Shown in pieces: positions 21,239 through 32,891 of a stretch of DNA of 64,000 nt. Below the pieces are notes generated by a model, which worked only from the letters and a program-made list of their open reading frames with translations, was not told where the DNA came from and did no database searches. The DNA lies in the NCBI GenBank assembly GCA_003213515.1, contig QCMV01000007.1:9071-73070 (forward strand), given 5' to 3'. The position numbers were made by a program, and so were the translations under genes. The stretch comes from Pelagibacteraceae bacterium AG-422-N09. GTDB lineage: Bacteria; Pseudomonadota; Alphaproteobacteria; Pelagibacterales; AG-422-B15. How positions within the stretch are numbered: position 1 is the first letter of the stretch; every line of letters begins with the position of its first letter.

Positions 21239-22236
21239 CTTCGCACTTCCTGACCAGCTGTTACAGTTGCTTGATCTATTTGTCTTTCAAACTCTCTCAA
21301 TCTTTTATAAACACTTGCGAGTTCAATAATTGTTGGCCAAGCTTTAAGAAGATATTGCATTGACCCCTCAACTCTACCAAATGCCCTGATTATTTGCTGC
21401 ATTACACCAAGAGTAACTACCCCGGCAACAATTGCAGGGGCTAAAAATACATAAGCTGATAATACATTTGCCTGTAAAAATGCAATACGACCAATATCGA
21501 AATATAGATATCTTATATAACTTAAAAAATGAATTTGCCTTACATCATCAAATAATTCCTCAAGGGTTTTTGGTCTTACTGTTTCATCATCTTCAGCAAT
21601 TACTAACATTTTTCTGTATGCCGCTTCTTGTTTTTGTAAATCGTATTCAATACCAACAAGCCTTAAAATTAAACCAAGTCCAATTAAAAATAATGTTCCT
21701 CCTATAGACCATAATAATGCACCAACGACTAGACCATACTCCCATTCACCAAAAAAAAATATTGGAATTCCAATACTCAAGCCAAACAGTATTGGCATAA
21801 ATTCTACCAGGATCATTAAAGCTTCAATCAAACTTGTACCAAGAGACTCCATAATTCTTGAAAACTTTATGGTATCCTCTTGAACTCTTTGTGACGCGCC
21901 CTCAATCTTACGCGCCTTATCATAGACAGAGTGATACCACTCAACCATGGCAGTTCTCCATCTAAATAAAAAGTGATTAGTAAAATAACTTACAAGGACT
22001 GCAACTGCTACATACATTCCCGCTAGTGTTATAAAGGATAATAAACTTGCCCAATATTCTTCAATTGTAATGGCGTTAGGAGCAGACAATGCTTCCTGTA
22101 TCATGTCGTAAAACTCACCAAACCATTCATTAATTTTTACATCAATTTGAACCTGAACCCACAGAGATGATAAGATAATAGCTGAACCGATGTATGCCCA
22201 TAAAAACCATTTTGGATCTCTAAAAAACTTAAACAT
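21235..22236 (-). CDS. SbmA/BacA-family inner-membrane (peptide) transporter
   Basis: Long collinear similarity to E. coli SbmA as I recall it: NEWFGEFYDMIQ, FRWRTAM, IEGASQRVQEDT, EAAYRK, SVYKRLREFE. Confidence 0.8.
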   Translation of the reverse strand: MFKFFRDPKWFLWAYIGSAIILSSLWVQVQIDVKINEWFGEFYDMIQEALSAPNAITIEEYWASLLSFITLAGMYVAVAVLVSYFTNHFLFRWRTAMVEWYHSVYDKARKIEGASQRVQEDTIKFSRIMESLGTSLIEALMILVEFMPILFGLSIGIPIFFFGEWEYGLVVGALLWSIGGTLFLIGLGLILRLVGIEYDLQKQEAAYRKMLVIAEDDETVRPKTLEELFDDVRQIHFLSYIRYLYFDIGRIAFLQANVLSAYVFLAPAIVAGVVTLGVMQQIIRAFGRVEGSMQYLLKAWPTIIELASVYKRLREFERQIDQATVTAGQEVRR

Positions 22237-22247
22237 TTATAGAATAA

Positions 22248-22904
22248 TTAATTTGAATATGAGTTAAGTAAGTCGTCCACCCTGTTAAGAAGATCATTCA
22301 AATCTTCGTTTTCATCAAAACTAGGAGCATCATCATACATTGTTTCATCAATTATTTCTGGTTTAAGCTGATCTTCTTCAGGAAGTGTTGTAATTTCTTC
22401 TGTGTTTGATATTCCTTCCAAAAACTCTTCCTCGCTTAAACCAATTTTATCAGTTGTATCTAAAATACTATCGTCATTTGTTAAATCGTCTAATTCATTT
22501 GTTAAATCGTCTAATTCATTTGTTAAATCGTCTAATTCATTACTTTCAACAAGTGAATCTTCAATTACCTCATTAATAGGATCCTCAGGTAAAGTTGAAT
22601 TATTTATATTTTGATCTTCGTTTCCAAAATTATTATCAATAAATTCGTCTAAGGATGATGTATCAGCATTACTAGGCACGCTGTTGGATGAGTCTTGTGT
22701 AATGATATCTTGAATATCTTCGGCTGACTCACCTGTAGGCGCGGCCTCCTCTACTTCCTCTTCACCAACAACTGGTGGGGTTAGTTGAAAATCAGGAGGT
22801 ATCTCTAGTGCTTTTTGCTTTAATGATGTGTAATCTCTGACTGTATTGTTAGTACAAGCAGCAAAAATTAATAAAAAAAATATAATTAAGTAGTTACGTA
22901 TCAT
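22248..22904 (-). CDS. Highly acidic, low-complexity lipoprotein (possibly DUF3035-like)
   Basis: Start taken at ATG 22904 (MIRNYLIIFFLLIFAAC, lipobox FAAC). PPDFQLTPP segment, then a D/E-rich region with 3x NELDDLT. Overlaps the lspA stop. Confidence 0.6.
   Translation of the reverse strand: MIRNYLIIFFLLIFAACTNNTVRDYTSLKQKALEIPPDFQLTPPVVGEEEVEEAAPTGESAEDIQDIITQDSSNSVPSNADTSSLDEFIDNNFGNEDQNINNSTLPEDPINEVIEDSLVESNELDDLTNELDDLTNELDDLTNDDSILDTTDKIGLSEEEFLEGISNTEEITTLPEEDQLKPEIIDETMYDDAPSFDENEDLNDLLNRVDDLLNSYSN
22474..22536. repeat. Three perfect tandem copies of a 21-bp unit (tcatttgttaaatcgtctaat) inside the lipoprotein gene
   Basis: Read directly from the sequence. Encodes NELDDLT x3 on the minus strand. 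A partial fourth copy follows. Confidence 0.9.
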
Positions 22905-23409
22905 TTTTAACGGTTTTATCATTTTCCTTTTTTGAGAACAACTCAAGTAAAATAATCAAAATACATCCAAGCGTGATACTTATATCAGCTATATTGAATA
23001 CATACCAATGATAATTGTTATAATGTAAATCTATAAAGTCTAATACAGCAGAATATTGATATCTGTCGAGCAAGTTACCCAACGCTCCTCCTATAATTAA
23101 ACTAAATCCATAATAATAAATTTTTTTATTAATACTTATTGCATAAAAGAATACTGCCATAGCAATTATCGCCATAACAAACATATAAATATAATTAACC
23201 ATCGAAATTTCATTTTGCAATATCCCAAATGCAAAGCCCTTATTCCATATCAAATGAAAATTAAGATATTTATTTATTGATGTTAAATATTGTGAACTTA
23301 GATTTGATACATCAATGTTATAAACATTGATTACATAAAACTTTGAGAGTTGATCGGCTGCAAAAATAACCAGTATTAAAAATATAAATCTTCCAATGGT
23401 TTGTATCAT
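22894..23409 (-). CDS. lspA: Lipoprotein signal peptidase (signal peptidase II)
   Basis: Four-TM protein with NKGFAFG and GGALGNLLDR...FNIADI motifs. Sits downstream of ileS as in many bacteria. Confidence 0.85.
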   Translation of the reverse strand: MIQTIGRFIFLILVIFAADQLSKFYVINVYNIDVSNLSSQYLTSINKYLNFHLIWNKGFAFGILQNEISMVNYIYMFVMAIIAMAVFFYAISINKKIYYYGFSLIIGGALGNLLDRYQYSAVLDFIDLHYNNYHWYVFNIADISITLGCILIILLELFSKKENDKTVKNDT

Positions 23410-26219
23410 TTACAAAGCACTTCTTGACATCTATCGCAAAGATTATCTTTTAAATTAAAAAAATATTTCCAACACCGCTCACATTTTTCACCATCAGTTT
23501 TACTTACATGCACTCCGATGTTTTTATCTAGTTCAGATATAAAGCTGTCACTTGAGGGCTTTTCATTTACAATTTCTAATTCACTAATAATTGAAATATT
23601 TTCTAATACTTTCTGGTCAATCTTTTCGATTTCATCTTTAGATATGTAAAGTTTAACAGAGGCTTCAAGGCTGGATCCAAGAACTTTTTCTTTTCTCTTC
23701 ACTTCGATTGCTCCGTTAATGACCTTTCTTAATTTTTTATACACTGTCCATTTAGTTGATAAATTTTTATTTATTAAAGTATCATTTAATTTTGGAAAAT
23801 CTTTTTCATGTATGCTGTTTTCAAATCCAAATCGACTTTGCCAGGCTTCTTCAGTGGTAAAACAGAGTATTGGTGCAAGCAAACTTAATAAATCGTGAAA
23901 TAAAATATCTAGAACAGTGCGAGTAGATTTTCTTACTTTGTTATTTTTTGAATCACAGTAAAGAGTATCTTTTCTTACATCAAAATAGAAAGATGATAAG
24001 TCATTTGTACAAAAATTAAATATCGCAGAAAAAACTTTTTGATACTCAAATATTTTGTAGTTTGAGATAACTTCTTTTTTTAAACTCTCTAATTCTGATA
24101 AAATATATAAATCTAATTCATCAAGTTCATCCACAGATACTTTCTCGTCTTGATCAAAATCTGATAAATTACCTAAAATAAAACGAAGTGTATTGCGAAG
24201 TCTTCTATAGCTATCAATGTTGCTTTTTATGATTTCAGGCCCGATCTTCAAATCCTCAGAGTAATCACTGCTTGCTACCCAGAGCCTTAGTATGTCAGCG
24301 CCTGATTTTTCAATGACCTCTGCTGGCGAGACAGTATTGGATGATGATTTACTCATCTTTAGGCCATCTTCATGAAGTATAAATCCATGAGTTAAAACGG
24401 ACTCATAAGGCGCAACTCCTCTTGTGCCACATGATTCTAACAGTGATGAATGAAACCAACCTCTGTGTTGATCTGTTCCTTCAAGATAAATAGATGCTGG
24501 CCAGATTTGATCATTTTTTCCATCTAAAACAAATGCATGTGTACAGCCTGAGTCAAACCATACATCTAAAATATCATTAACTTTTTTATATTCTTCCGGA
24601 TTATAATTTGAACCTAATAATTCTTCTTTTGAATATTTAAACCACGCATCTGAGCCTTCTTTTTCATAAAGTTTAATAATTTTTTCATTTATTTCTTTAT
24701 CAACCAGCGGCTTTCCTGTTTTAATATTGTAAAAGATAGATAAAGGTACGCCCCATGCCCGTTGTCTTGACACTACCCAATCAGGTCTTTCTTCAATCAT
24801 TGAATAAATTCTATTTTTTCCCTGTTTTGGATACCATTTAACCTTTTCAATTTCGTTCAACGCTTTTTCTCTCAATTGATTTTTTTCCATACTGATGAAC
24901 CATTGTGGAGTATTTCTAAATATGACAGGAGCTTTTGATCTCCATGAATGAGGGTAGCTATGACGCAATGAACCCTTGCCTGCTAAATTTTCATGCTTTT
25001 TTAGCTCAATGATAACTGCAACGTTTGCATCAGCATCTGATCCATCTTCATTAAAAATCTTTTTACCATTAAATAATGGTACGTGGGGAAAGTATTCACC
25101 ATTTTCGTCTACTGTATCAGGTACTTCGATACCATTTGTAATACCCAAATTATAGTCATCAGCTCCATGGCCAGGTGCTATATGAACAAAACCCGTGCCT
25201 TGCTCCAAAGTAACAAAATCTGCATCAAAAATTCTTACCTCAAAATCATAACCAGATTTTTTAAAAGGGTGATTACAAATAATTTTGTCTAAGTTTTTTA
25301 CTTCTGATATTTTTTTTAATTCTCTAATTTTGCATTGAACTTTTACATTATCTAAAAGTTCATCTGCAATTATAATTTTATCACCATCTTGTAAAGTACT
25401 GTGTTCTTCTAAACTTACTACTTCAAACATTGAATACGTTATTGATTTACTGTAAGCAATTGCTCTGTTTCCTGGAATTGTCCATGGAGTTGTAGTCCAT
25501 ATAATTACGGATGCATCTTGACAATTTGCATCTGAACTCTCTTTTACAGGGAACTTTACGCAGATAGTTGTTGATTTATGTTCTTTATATTCAATCTCAG
25601 CTTCAGCTAATGCAGTCTTTTCAACAGTTGACCACATAACGGGCTTTGACCCACGATATAAACTTTCGTTCTCAAGAAACTTAAAAAATTCTCTTACAAT
25701 TATAGACTCTGCCTCATATGACATTGTAGTATAGGGAGAGTACCAATCTCCATTTATTCCTAAGCGAATAAATTCTTCTCTTTGTATATCAATCCATTTT
25801 TCAGCAAATTCTCTGCATTCTTTTCTAAATTTTATAATATCGACATCATCTTTATTCTTTCCCTGTTCTCTATATTGCTCTTCTATTTTCCACTCAATTG
25901 GCAAGCCATGACAATCCCAGCCAGGAATGTAAGAACTATCATTTCCAAGCATTTGTTGTGATCTTACAACAAAGTCTTTTAGTATTTTATTCAGGGCGTG
26001 CCCCATGTGTAAATGGCCGTTAGCGTAAGGTGGGCCATCATGTAATACGAATTTTTTTCTACTTTTTGATTTTTCCCTTAATTTTTCATAAATATTATCC
26101 TTTGACCAGCCATCTAGAATTTTTGGCTCTTGCTCGGGCAGGCCAGCACGCATCGCAAAGGATGTCTTTGGTAAAAATAGAGTTTCACTAAAGTCTAATT
26201 TATCATTTTTAGTGTTCAT
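23406..26219 (-). CDS. ileS: Isoleucyl-tRNA ligase
   Basis: 937 aa with HMGH (HLHMGHA), KMSKS, and C-terminal zinc knuckle CERCW...CDRC. Confidence 0.97.
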   Translation of the reverse strand: MNTKNDKLDFSETLFLPKTSFAMRAGLPEQEPKILDGWSKDNIYEKLREKSKSRKKFVLHDGPPYANGHLHMGHALNKILKDFVVRSQQMLGNDSSYIPGWDCHGLPIEWKIEEQYREQGKNKDDVDIIKFRKECREFAEKWIDIQREEFIRLGINGDWYSPYTTMSYEAESIIVREFFKFLENESLYRGSKPVMWSTVEKTALAEAEIEYKEHKSTTICVKFPVKESSDANCQDASVIIWTTTPWTIPGNRAIAYSKSITYSMFEVVSLEEHSTLQDGDKIIIADELLDNVKVQCKIRELKKISEVKNLDKIICNHPFKKSGYDFEVRIFDADFVTLEQGTGFVHIAPGHGADDYNLGITNGIEVPDTVDENGEYFPHVPLFNGKKIFNEDGSDADANVAVIIELKKHENLAGKGSLRHSYPHSWRSKAPVIFRNTPQWFISMEKNQLREKALNEIEKVKWYPKQGKNRIYSMIEERPDWVVSRQRAWGVPLSIFYNIKTGKPLVDKEINEKIIKLYEKEGSDAWFKYSKEELLGSNYNPEEYKKVNDILDVWFDSGCTHAFVLDGKNDQIWPASIYLEGTDQHRGWFHSSLLESCGTRGVAPYESVLTHGFILHEDGLKMSKSSSNTVSPAEVIEKSGADILRLWVASSDYSEDLKIGPEIIKSNIDSYRRLRNTLRFILGNLSDFDQDEKVSVDELDELDLYILSELESLKKEVISNYKIFEYQKVFSAIFNFCTNDLSSFYFDVRKDTLYCDSKNNKVRKSTRTVLDILFHDLLSLLAPILCFTTEEAWQSRFGFENSIHEKDFPKLNDTLINKNLSTKWTVYKKLRKVINGAIEVKRKEKVLGSSLEASVKLYISKDEIEKIDQKVLENISIISELEIVNEKPSSDSFISELDKNIGVHVSKTDGEKCERCWKYFFNLKDNLCDRCQEVLCK

Positions 26220-26224
26220 TTTGC

Positions 26225-27184
26225 TTAATTTAGAATTTTTTGTGCTTTAGATATATCTGATTTTAGTTGTTTTTTTAAGGCCTCTACTCCTGAAAATTTC
26301 TTTTCATGCCTTATAAATTCAACAAAGTCGACTTTTAGCAAAGAATTATAAATATTCAATTTAAATCTAAATAGATGAACTTCCAAAATTTCAGTGTTCT
26401 TATGAAATGTTGGTCTGATACCAAAATTCGCAATTCCTTTAAGAGTTCTTTTCTTTGAATTTTTCAGGAATGAGGCTTCAATAGCATATACTCCATATTT
26501 TGGTGCCACGTATTCATTTATATTTAGATTAGCAGTTGGAACGCCAATTTTTCGGCCTCGTTGATCTCCTTTTATAACTTTTGACGTTATACTAAAATAG
26601 TTTCCCAGAAAATTTTTTGCCAATCTTACATTACCGTTTGAAATAAGTTTTCTAATATTTGTAGACGAATATATTTTCATCTTTGTTTTATTAAAAAGAT
26701 GATTTGGTGTTTTTAATAATTTCACTGGGTTTACATAAAATTGATTTTCCTTACCAAAATTCAGAAGAAACTTATAGTCGCCTGATCGTTTATTACCAAA
26801 TTTAAAATTTTTACCAACTAAAATGTATTTCATTGATATTCCTCTAAGTAATATTTTTTTACAAAAGTCATTAGGTGTCATAGAGGATATTCTTTTATTA
26901 AATTTTATTATTATTGCATAATCGATACCGTAAGATTTTAAGATTTCGAGACGTTCATTTAACTCTGTTAATAAAAAACTTTTAATATTTTTGTTAAAAT
27001 ATTTCCGTGGATGCGGATCAAAAAGTAATACACCTATTTTTGTTTTTTGTTTATTTGCAATTTTTTTTGCTGAATTAATTATTGATTGGTGCCCTTTATG
27101 AACTCCATCAAGATTTCCAATAATTAATACAGAATTCTTTGTATAATTTAATGATCTTCTATTTAAACTTTTAAAAACTTTCAT
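26225..27184 (-). CDS. ribF: Bifunctional riboflavin kinase / FMN adenylyltransferase
   Basis: GNLDGVHKGHQ N-terminal motif and C-terminal riboflavin kinase GDQRGRKIGVPTANL. Confidence 0.9.
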   Translation of the reverse strand: MKVFKSLNRRSLNYTKNSVLIIGNLDGVHKGHQSIINSAKKIANKQKTKIGVLLFDPHPRKYFNKNIKSFLLTELNERLEILKSYGIDYAIIIKFNKRISSMTPNDFCKKILLRGISMKYILVGKNFKFGNKRSGDYKFLLNFGKENQFYVNPVKLLKTPNHLFNKTKMKIYSSTNIRKLISNGNVRLAKNFLGNYFSITSKVIKGDQRGRKIGVPTANLNINEYVAPKYGVYAIEASFLKNSKKRTLKGIANFGIRPTFHKNTEILEVHLFRFKLNIYNSLLKVDFVEFIRHEKKFSGVEALKKQLKSDISKAQKILN

Positions 27185-27191
27185 TTTTTAA

Positions 27192-28046
27192 TTAATTTAA
27201 AATTTCAGTATACATTAGAGTTTTGCAAGTTTCAGGTAAATTAGCTTTTGATATTCTCACTAAATCGTCATCATTTGCAATTTCAGTTTTATGAATACCA
27301 TTTTTTATAAATAAAAAATCTAAATCCGAGTTGTGTGCCCCTAAGCAATCTGTTTTTAGGCTATCGCCTATAGCTAATATTTCGTTTTTATTTGTTGTAT
27401 CTTTAGACAATAAATCAGTCATTACAAAATCATATATTTCTGGATAAGGTTTTCCGTAGTAAGTTACTTTACCTCCTAGTTTTTCGTAATATTTTCCAAG
27501 AGCACCTGCACAATATATGCGTGCCTGACCCCGGTAGACTATTTCATCTGGATTAACACATACTATTTCTAAATTTTGTTTGAGAAAATCCTCAAAAATA
27601 TTTTTATAGTCCTCTGGGTGTTCATCGTTGTCATTATATAAGCCTGTGCAGACAACAAATTCTGAGGTCTCTATGTCATTAGTTTTTTGAATATTTATAT
27701 TTTCTAACAAATCATAATCTTTTTCTGGTCCCAAATGATAATATGATTGTCCATGAACTTTAGAATTTATGTACTGTGTGCCTGTATCGCCTGAAGTATA
27801 AATTTTTTTAAATAATTCGGGATTGAGATTAAGTTTATTTATTAATCCATTTCTTACTACTGCTTCAGGTCTCGGGGCATTAGAAATCAAATAAACATCA
27901 ATATTATTTTCCTTCATTGCCTCAAGATAGGATTTTGCATTAGAGAATACTTCAACACCATTATGAATAACGCCCCAAAGATCACAAAGTATGATTCTAT
28001 AAGAAAGTGAAAATTCAGTAGCGCTTACGATTTTTTTAATTTCCAT
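27192..28046 (-). CDS. HAD-superfamily class IIA hydrolase (TIGR01459-like)
   Basis: CDLWGVIHNG nucleophile motif, SNAPR, GDSLKTD. Confidence 0.7.
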   Translation of the reverse strand: MEIKKIVSATEFSLSYRIILCDLWGVIHNGVEVFSNAKSYLEAMKENNIDVYLISNAPRPEAVVRNGLINKLNLNPELFKKIYTSGDTGTQYINSKVHGQSYYHLGPEKDYDLLENINIQKTNDIETSEFVVCTGLYNDNDEHPEDYKNIFEDFLKQNLEIVCVNPDEIVYRGQARIYCAGALGKYYEKLGGKVTYYGKPYPEIYDFVMTDLLSKDTTNKNEILAIGDSLKTDCLGAHNSDLDFLFIKNGIHKTEIANDDDLVRISKANLPETCKTLMYTEILN

Positions 28047-28110
28047 AATTATATTGAAATTATCCTATAAATTTATAATCTTCTTATAAATTATTATGAT
28101 ATTTTATTAA

Positions 28111-28878
28111 ATGACACTTTTTAACTTAAAAGATAAAAATGCTATAATCACAGGATCTTCGAGAGGAATAGGCAAAGCTATAGCCTACAGAATGGCAGAG
28201 CATGGTGCAAAAGTCATTATTACAAGTCGAAAGCTTGATGCATGTGAAGCAGTCGCTAAAGAGATAAATGATACATTTGGAGAGGGACATGCAACGGCAA
28301 TTTCATGTAATATTTCGGACAAAGAGCAATTAAAAAATCTTTACAAAAAATCGTTAGACTTCTGTGGCAATATTTCCACTCTTGTATGTAATGCTGCAAT
28401 CAATCCATATTTTGGACCATCAAATAATATACCTGACGAGGCGTTTGAAAAAATAATGAAGTCAAACGTGCAAAGTAATTTTTGGCTCTGTAATGAGGTG
28501 CTCCCAGATATGATCAAAATGAAAAATGGTTCAATTATAATTATTTCCTCGATCGCAGGTTTGCGCGGCAACAGCATGTTGGGTGCTTATGCTATATCAA
28601 AAGCTGCAGATTCCCAGTTGGCAAGAAATATATCAGTGGAATATGGAAGAGATAATATTCGTGCAAATTGTATCTCACCTGGTTTAATAAAAACTGATTT
28701 TGCCAGAGCTTTATGGGAGAACGAGAGTATTTTAAAATCTATGACTGCCAAAGCAGCCTTAAAAAGGATAGGAATGCCTGACGAAATTGCAGGCGCTGCA
28801 GTATATTTGGCTTCTGAAGCTGGATCTTTTATGACTGGTCAAAACATCGTAATTGATGGCGGTGAATCAGAACAATAG
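28111..28878 (+). CDS. Short-chain dehydrogenase/reductase (SDR)
   Basis: TGSSRGIGKA cofactor motif and the YAISKAA catalytic Tyr-x3-Lys. Confidence 0.85.
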   Translation: MTLFNLKDKNAIITGSSRGIGKAIAYRMAEHGAKVIITSRKLDACEAVAKEINDTFGEGHATAISCNISDKEQLKNLYKKSLDFCGNISTLVCNAAINPYFGPSNNIPDEAFEKIMKSNVQSNFWLCNEVLPDMIKMKNGSIIIISSIAGLRGNSMLGAYAISKAADSQLARNISVEYGRDNIRANCISPGLIKTDFARALWENESILKSMTAKAALKRIGMPDEIAGAAVYLASEAGSFMTGQNIVIDGGESEQ

Positions 28879-28940
28879 CAAATTATTGAAAATACTGGTT
28901 TTTTCGCTAATTCCAATAAAATCGAAATTTTTTCCACCCC

Positions 28941-28969
28941 TTGACACACTTGCCCTAGATCACTATATG
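28941..28969 (+). promoter_or_regulatory. Candidate groESL promoter (TTGACA-N17-TATATG)
   Basis: TTGACA at 28941-28946, a 17-nt spacer, TATATG at 28964-28969, about 45 nt before the groES ATG. The preceding CCCCTTG also gives it a sigma-32-like flavour. No CIRCE inverted repeat seen. Confidence 0.35.
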
Positions 28970-29014
28970 CCTAGGTAATTAAGCTTTGTGCAAACATATT
29001 TAGGAGATTAAGAC

Positions 29015-29329
29015 ATGAATTTTAGACCTTTACACGATCGTGTACTCGTTAGAAGACTGGATACTGAAGAGAAAACAGCAGGCGGTATTATCATACCGGA
29101 CACTGCTCAGGAAAAACCTCAAGAAGGCCAAATTGTAGCCGTCGGAAATGGAACTAAAAGTGAGGATGGTAAAGTAACACCGCTTGATCTAAAGGTTGGC
29201 GATATCGTTCTTTTTGGTAAATGGTCTGGAACAGAAGTAAAGGTTGATGGTGAAGAACTCTGTATTATGAAAGAGTCAGATATCATGGGTGTTATAGATA
29301 CAAAATCTAAATCAAAAAAGAAAAAATAA
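29015..29329 (+). CDS. groES: Co-chaperonin GroES
   Basis: [14 protein letters not shown]...GGIIIPDTA...; SD AGGAG upstream. Confidence 0.97.
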   Translation: MNFRPLHDRVLVRRLDTEEKTAGGIIIPDTAQEKPQEGQIVAVGNGTKSEDGKVTPLDLKVGDIVLFGKWSGTEVKVDGEELCIMKESDIMGVIDTKSKSKKKK

Positions 29330-29336
29330 ATATTAA

Positions 29337-31001
<1,665 letters not shown>

Positions 31002-31024
31002 GTTGAGCTCATTAAAGCTAATCT

Positions 31025-31055
31025 AAAAAAACCCGGCCCAGCCGGGTTTTTTTTT
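31025..31055. terminator. Bidirectional rho-independent terminator between groEL and hisG
   Basis: A-run, CCCGGC-cca-GCCGGG stem-loop (31032-31046), then T9 (31047-31055). Confidence 0.75.
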
Positions 31056-31755
31056 ATGAAATTCTATCTATAAAATAATTGAGTGTATTTTCTAAATTTG
31101 TATTCCACTCAGCTACATTTGAAGTAAAAATGTTTGCAGACGACTCTAGTATAAGCCCATCATCAAGTACTCTTAGATTGTTAGCTCTTAATGTTTCTCC
31201 TGATGATGTGATGTCAGTAATTATTTCTGCAAAGCCATTAAATGGAGCGCTCTCGGTTGATCCATCACTTTCTACCGTCCTATAATCAACAACCCCACAA
31301 TTTGAAAAGTATTCATTTGTTAAATTCTTATACTTTGTTGCAACTCTAAGTCTTTTAGAGAATTTAGTTCTGTGTAAATAACAGATTTCTTCTAAGTCGG
31401 CCATTGTCATTACGTCAATCCATATTTCTGGTATAGCAACAACTAAATTTGCTTTACCAAAATTTAACTTAAGTTTTTTTGAAACCTTCTGGTTATGATT
31501 AGTTATTTTTTCTTGTACTAAATCGTCACCAGTTAAACCAACATGAATAGATCCTTCATCAAGTCGATTTGTAATTTCTTTAGCACTTAAGAAATAAACA
31601 ATTACATTATCAAGACCCTCTATTGCTGCAATATACTCTCTATCATTTTCAAGATTACTAAAAATTATTTTTTTTTCTTCAAACAAAGACTCCATGTCAA
31701 TTCTCAATCTACCTTTACTTGGCAATGCAATCCGAAGTTTATTTTGTATATTCAT
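31054..31755 (-). CDS. hisG: ATP phosphoribosyltransferase catalytic subunit (short form)
   Basis: LRIALPSKGRL N-terminus, 233 aa, immediately downstream of hisZ. Confidence 0.85.
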   Translation of the reverse strand: MNIQNKLRIALPSKGRLRIDMESLFEEKKIIFSNLENDREYIAAIEGLDNVIVYFLSAKEITNRLDEGSIHVGLTGDDLVQEKITNHNQKVSKKLKLNFGKANLVVAIPEIWIDVMTMADLEEICYLHRTKFSKRLRVATKYKNLTNEYFSNCGVVDYRTVESDGSTESAPFNGFAEIITDITSSGETLRANNLRVLDDGLILESSANIFTSNVAEWNTNLENTLNYFIDRIS

Positions 31756-31757
31756 TC

Positions 31758-32885
31758 CTAAATCAGCTCAATTATATTGTTATTATTAGTTGCAAACCCA
31801 ACTGCTGATAAGTTCGATTTAGAGCCTAAATCAATAAGCAATTTATCGTACCGCCCTCCACTAATTAATTCACTTTGATTATCAGGATTATAAATTTCAA
31901 ACATCATGCCGTCATAAAATTCAATTGAATGACCAAAGTCATTATCAAAATAATATTTTTCTATATTACTTTTTTCTGATACAGCATTCACAAAATTCTC
32001 CATTTCCTCTACTTCACTCTCAAATGAAGAAACATTATTTGATTTAGTAAATTCGCGAAGCAGTGATGGAAATTCCGAAAGGTTACAACTTAATTTTAAA
32101 AAATTATTTATTAAATCAACAATTTTTTTTCCATCTTTCTGACTTATTACATTAAGGCTTTTTAATTGAAATCGATCAACAATTTCCTCAACAGTTCGTG
32201 TACCTAAACCTCGAGCATTTTGTTTATTAATTAAATCAGTCAAGCCTTTGTCAGATACGTCATCTATATTAAATTTCTCTTGAAGCATGCTATGCTTTTT
32301 TTCATTATCATACCCTACACCTTCACCTAATCTATCAAGTAAACTCCCGAAATATTTTCTTCTAAAAAAATGTCTTACTAATCTCTGTTTCCATCTAATT
32401 GGCAACTCTAATTTGTTGATAAACTGATTAAATAATTTAATGCTACCAATTTTAATTTTATAGTTATCAATATTTAATTGACACATTGTATCTTCAGCTG
32501 TCTTTAAAATGTACACATCCATCTCATGTATATTATTTAAATTTTTTTCAGAAAAAATGATCTCAATACCAGACTGATTTAATTCAATGGAATTATTTGA
32601 TAACTCATTGGATGATCTGAATACAGGACCGCTGTAACATAACTTTGACTCACTGGATTTATTATTACTTGCAATAAAATTTTGACATGTTGGTACAGTC
32701 ATGTCTGGTCTCAAACATTTTTCTTTTCCTGAAGTATCAGTAAACGAATACATCTTTCTTCTAATTTCTTCACCTGAAGTTTCAAAAAATATATCCGCAT
32801 CAAACAGCAGTGGAAGTTCAATATAATTAAATCCAGACTTAATAAAATAATTCTTTAAATTGATATTTAATTCTTGAAGTGACAT
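31758..32885 (-). CDS. hisZ: ATP phosphoribosyltransferase regulatory subunit (HisRS paralogue)
   Basis: HisRS-like catalytic-core fold without an anticodon-binding domain (LRPDMT, GGRYD). Sits between hisS and hisG. Confidence 0.75.
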   Translation of the reverse strand: MSLQELNINLKNYFIKSGFNYIELPLLFDADIFFETSGEEIRRKMYSFTDTSGKEKCLRPDMTVPTCQNFIASNNKSSESKLCYSGPVFRSSNELSNNSIELNQSGIEIIFSEKNLNNIHEMDVYILKTAEDTMCQLNIDNYKIKIGSIKLFNQFINKLELPIRWKQRLVRHFFRRKYFGSLLDRLGEGVGYDNEKKHSMLQEKFNIDDVSDKGLTDLINKQNARGLGTRTVEEIVDRFQLKSLNVISQKDGKKIVDLINNFLKLSCNLSEFPSLLREFTKSNNVSSFESEVEEMENFVNAVSEKSNIEKYYFDNDFGHSIEFYDGMMFEIYNPDNQSELISGGRYDKLLIDLGSKSNLSAVGFATNNNNIIELI

Positions 32886-32891
32886 TTTATT

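Noticed and set aside
28879-29014. CIRCE (HrcA operator) upstream of groES
   Set aside because: I looked for TTAGCACTC-N9-GAGTGCTAA or a close variant and did not see one. Only a TTGACA-N17-TATATG promoter-like element is present.
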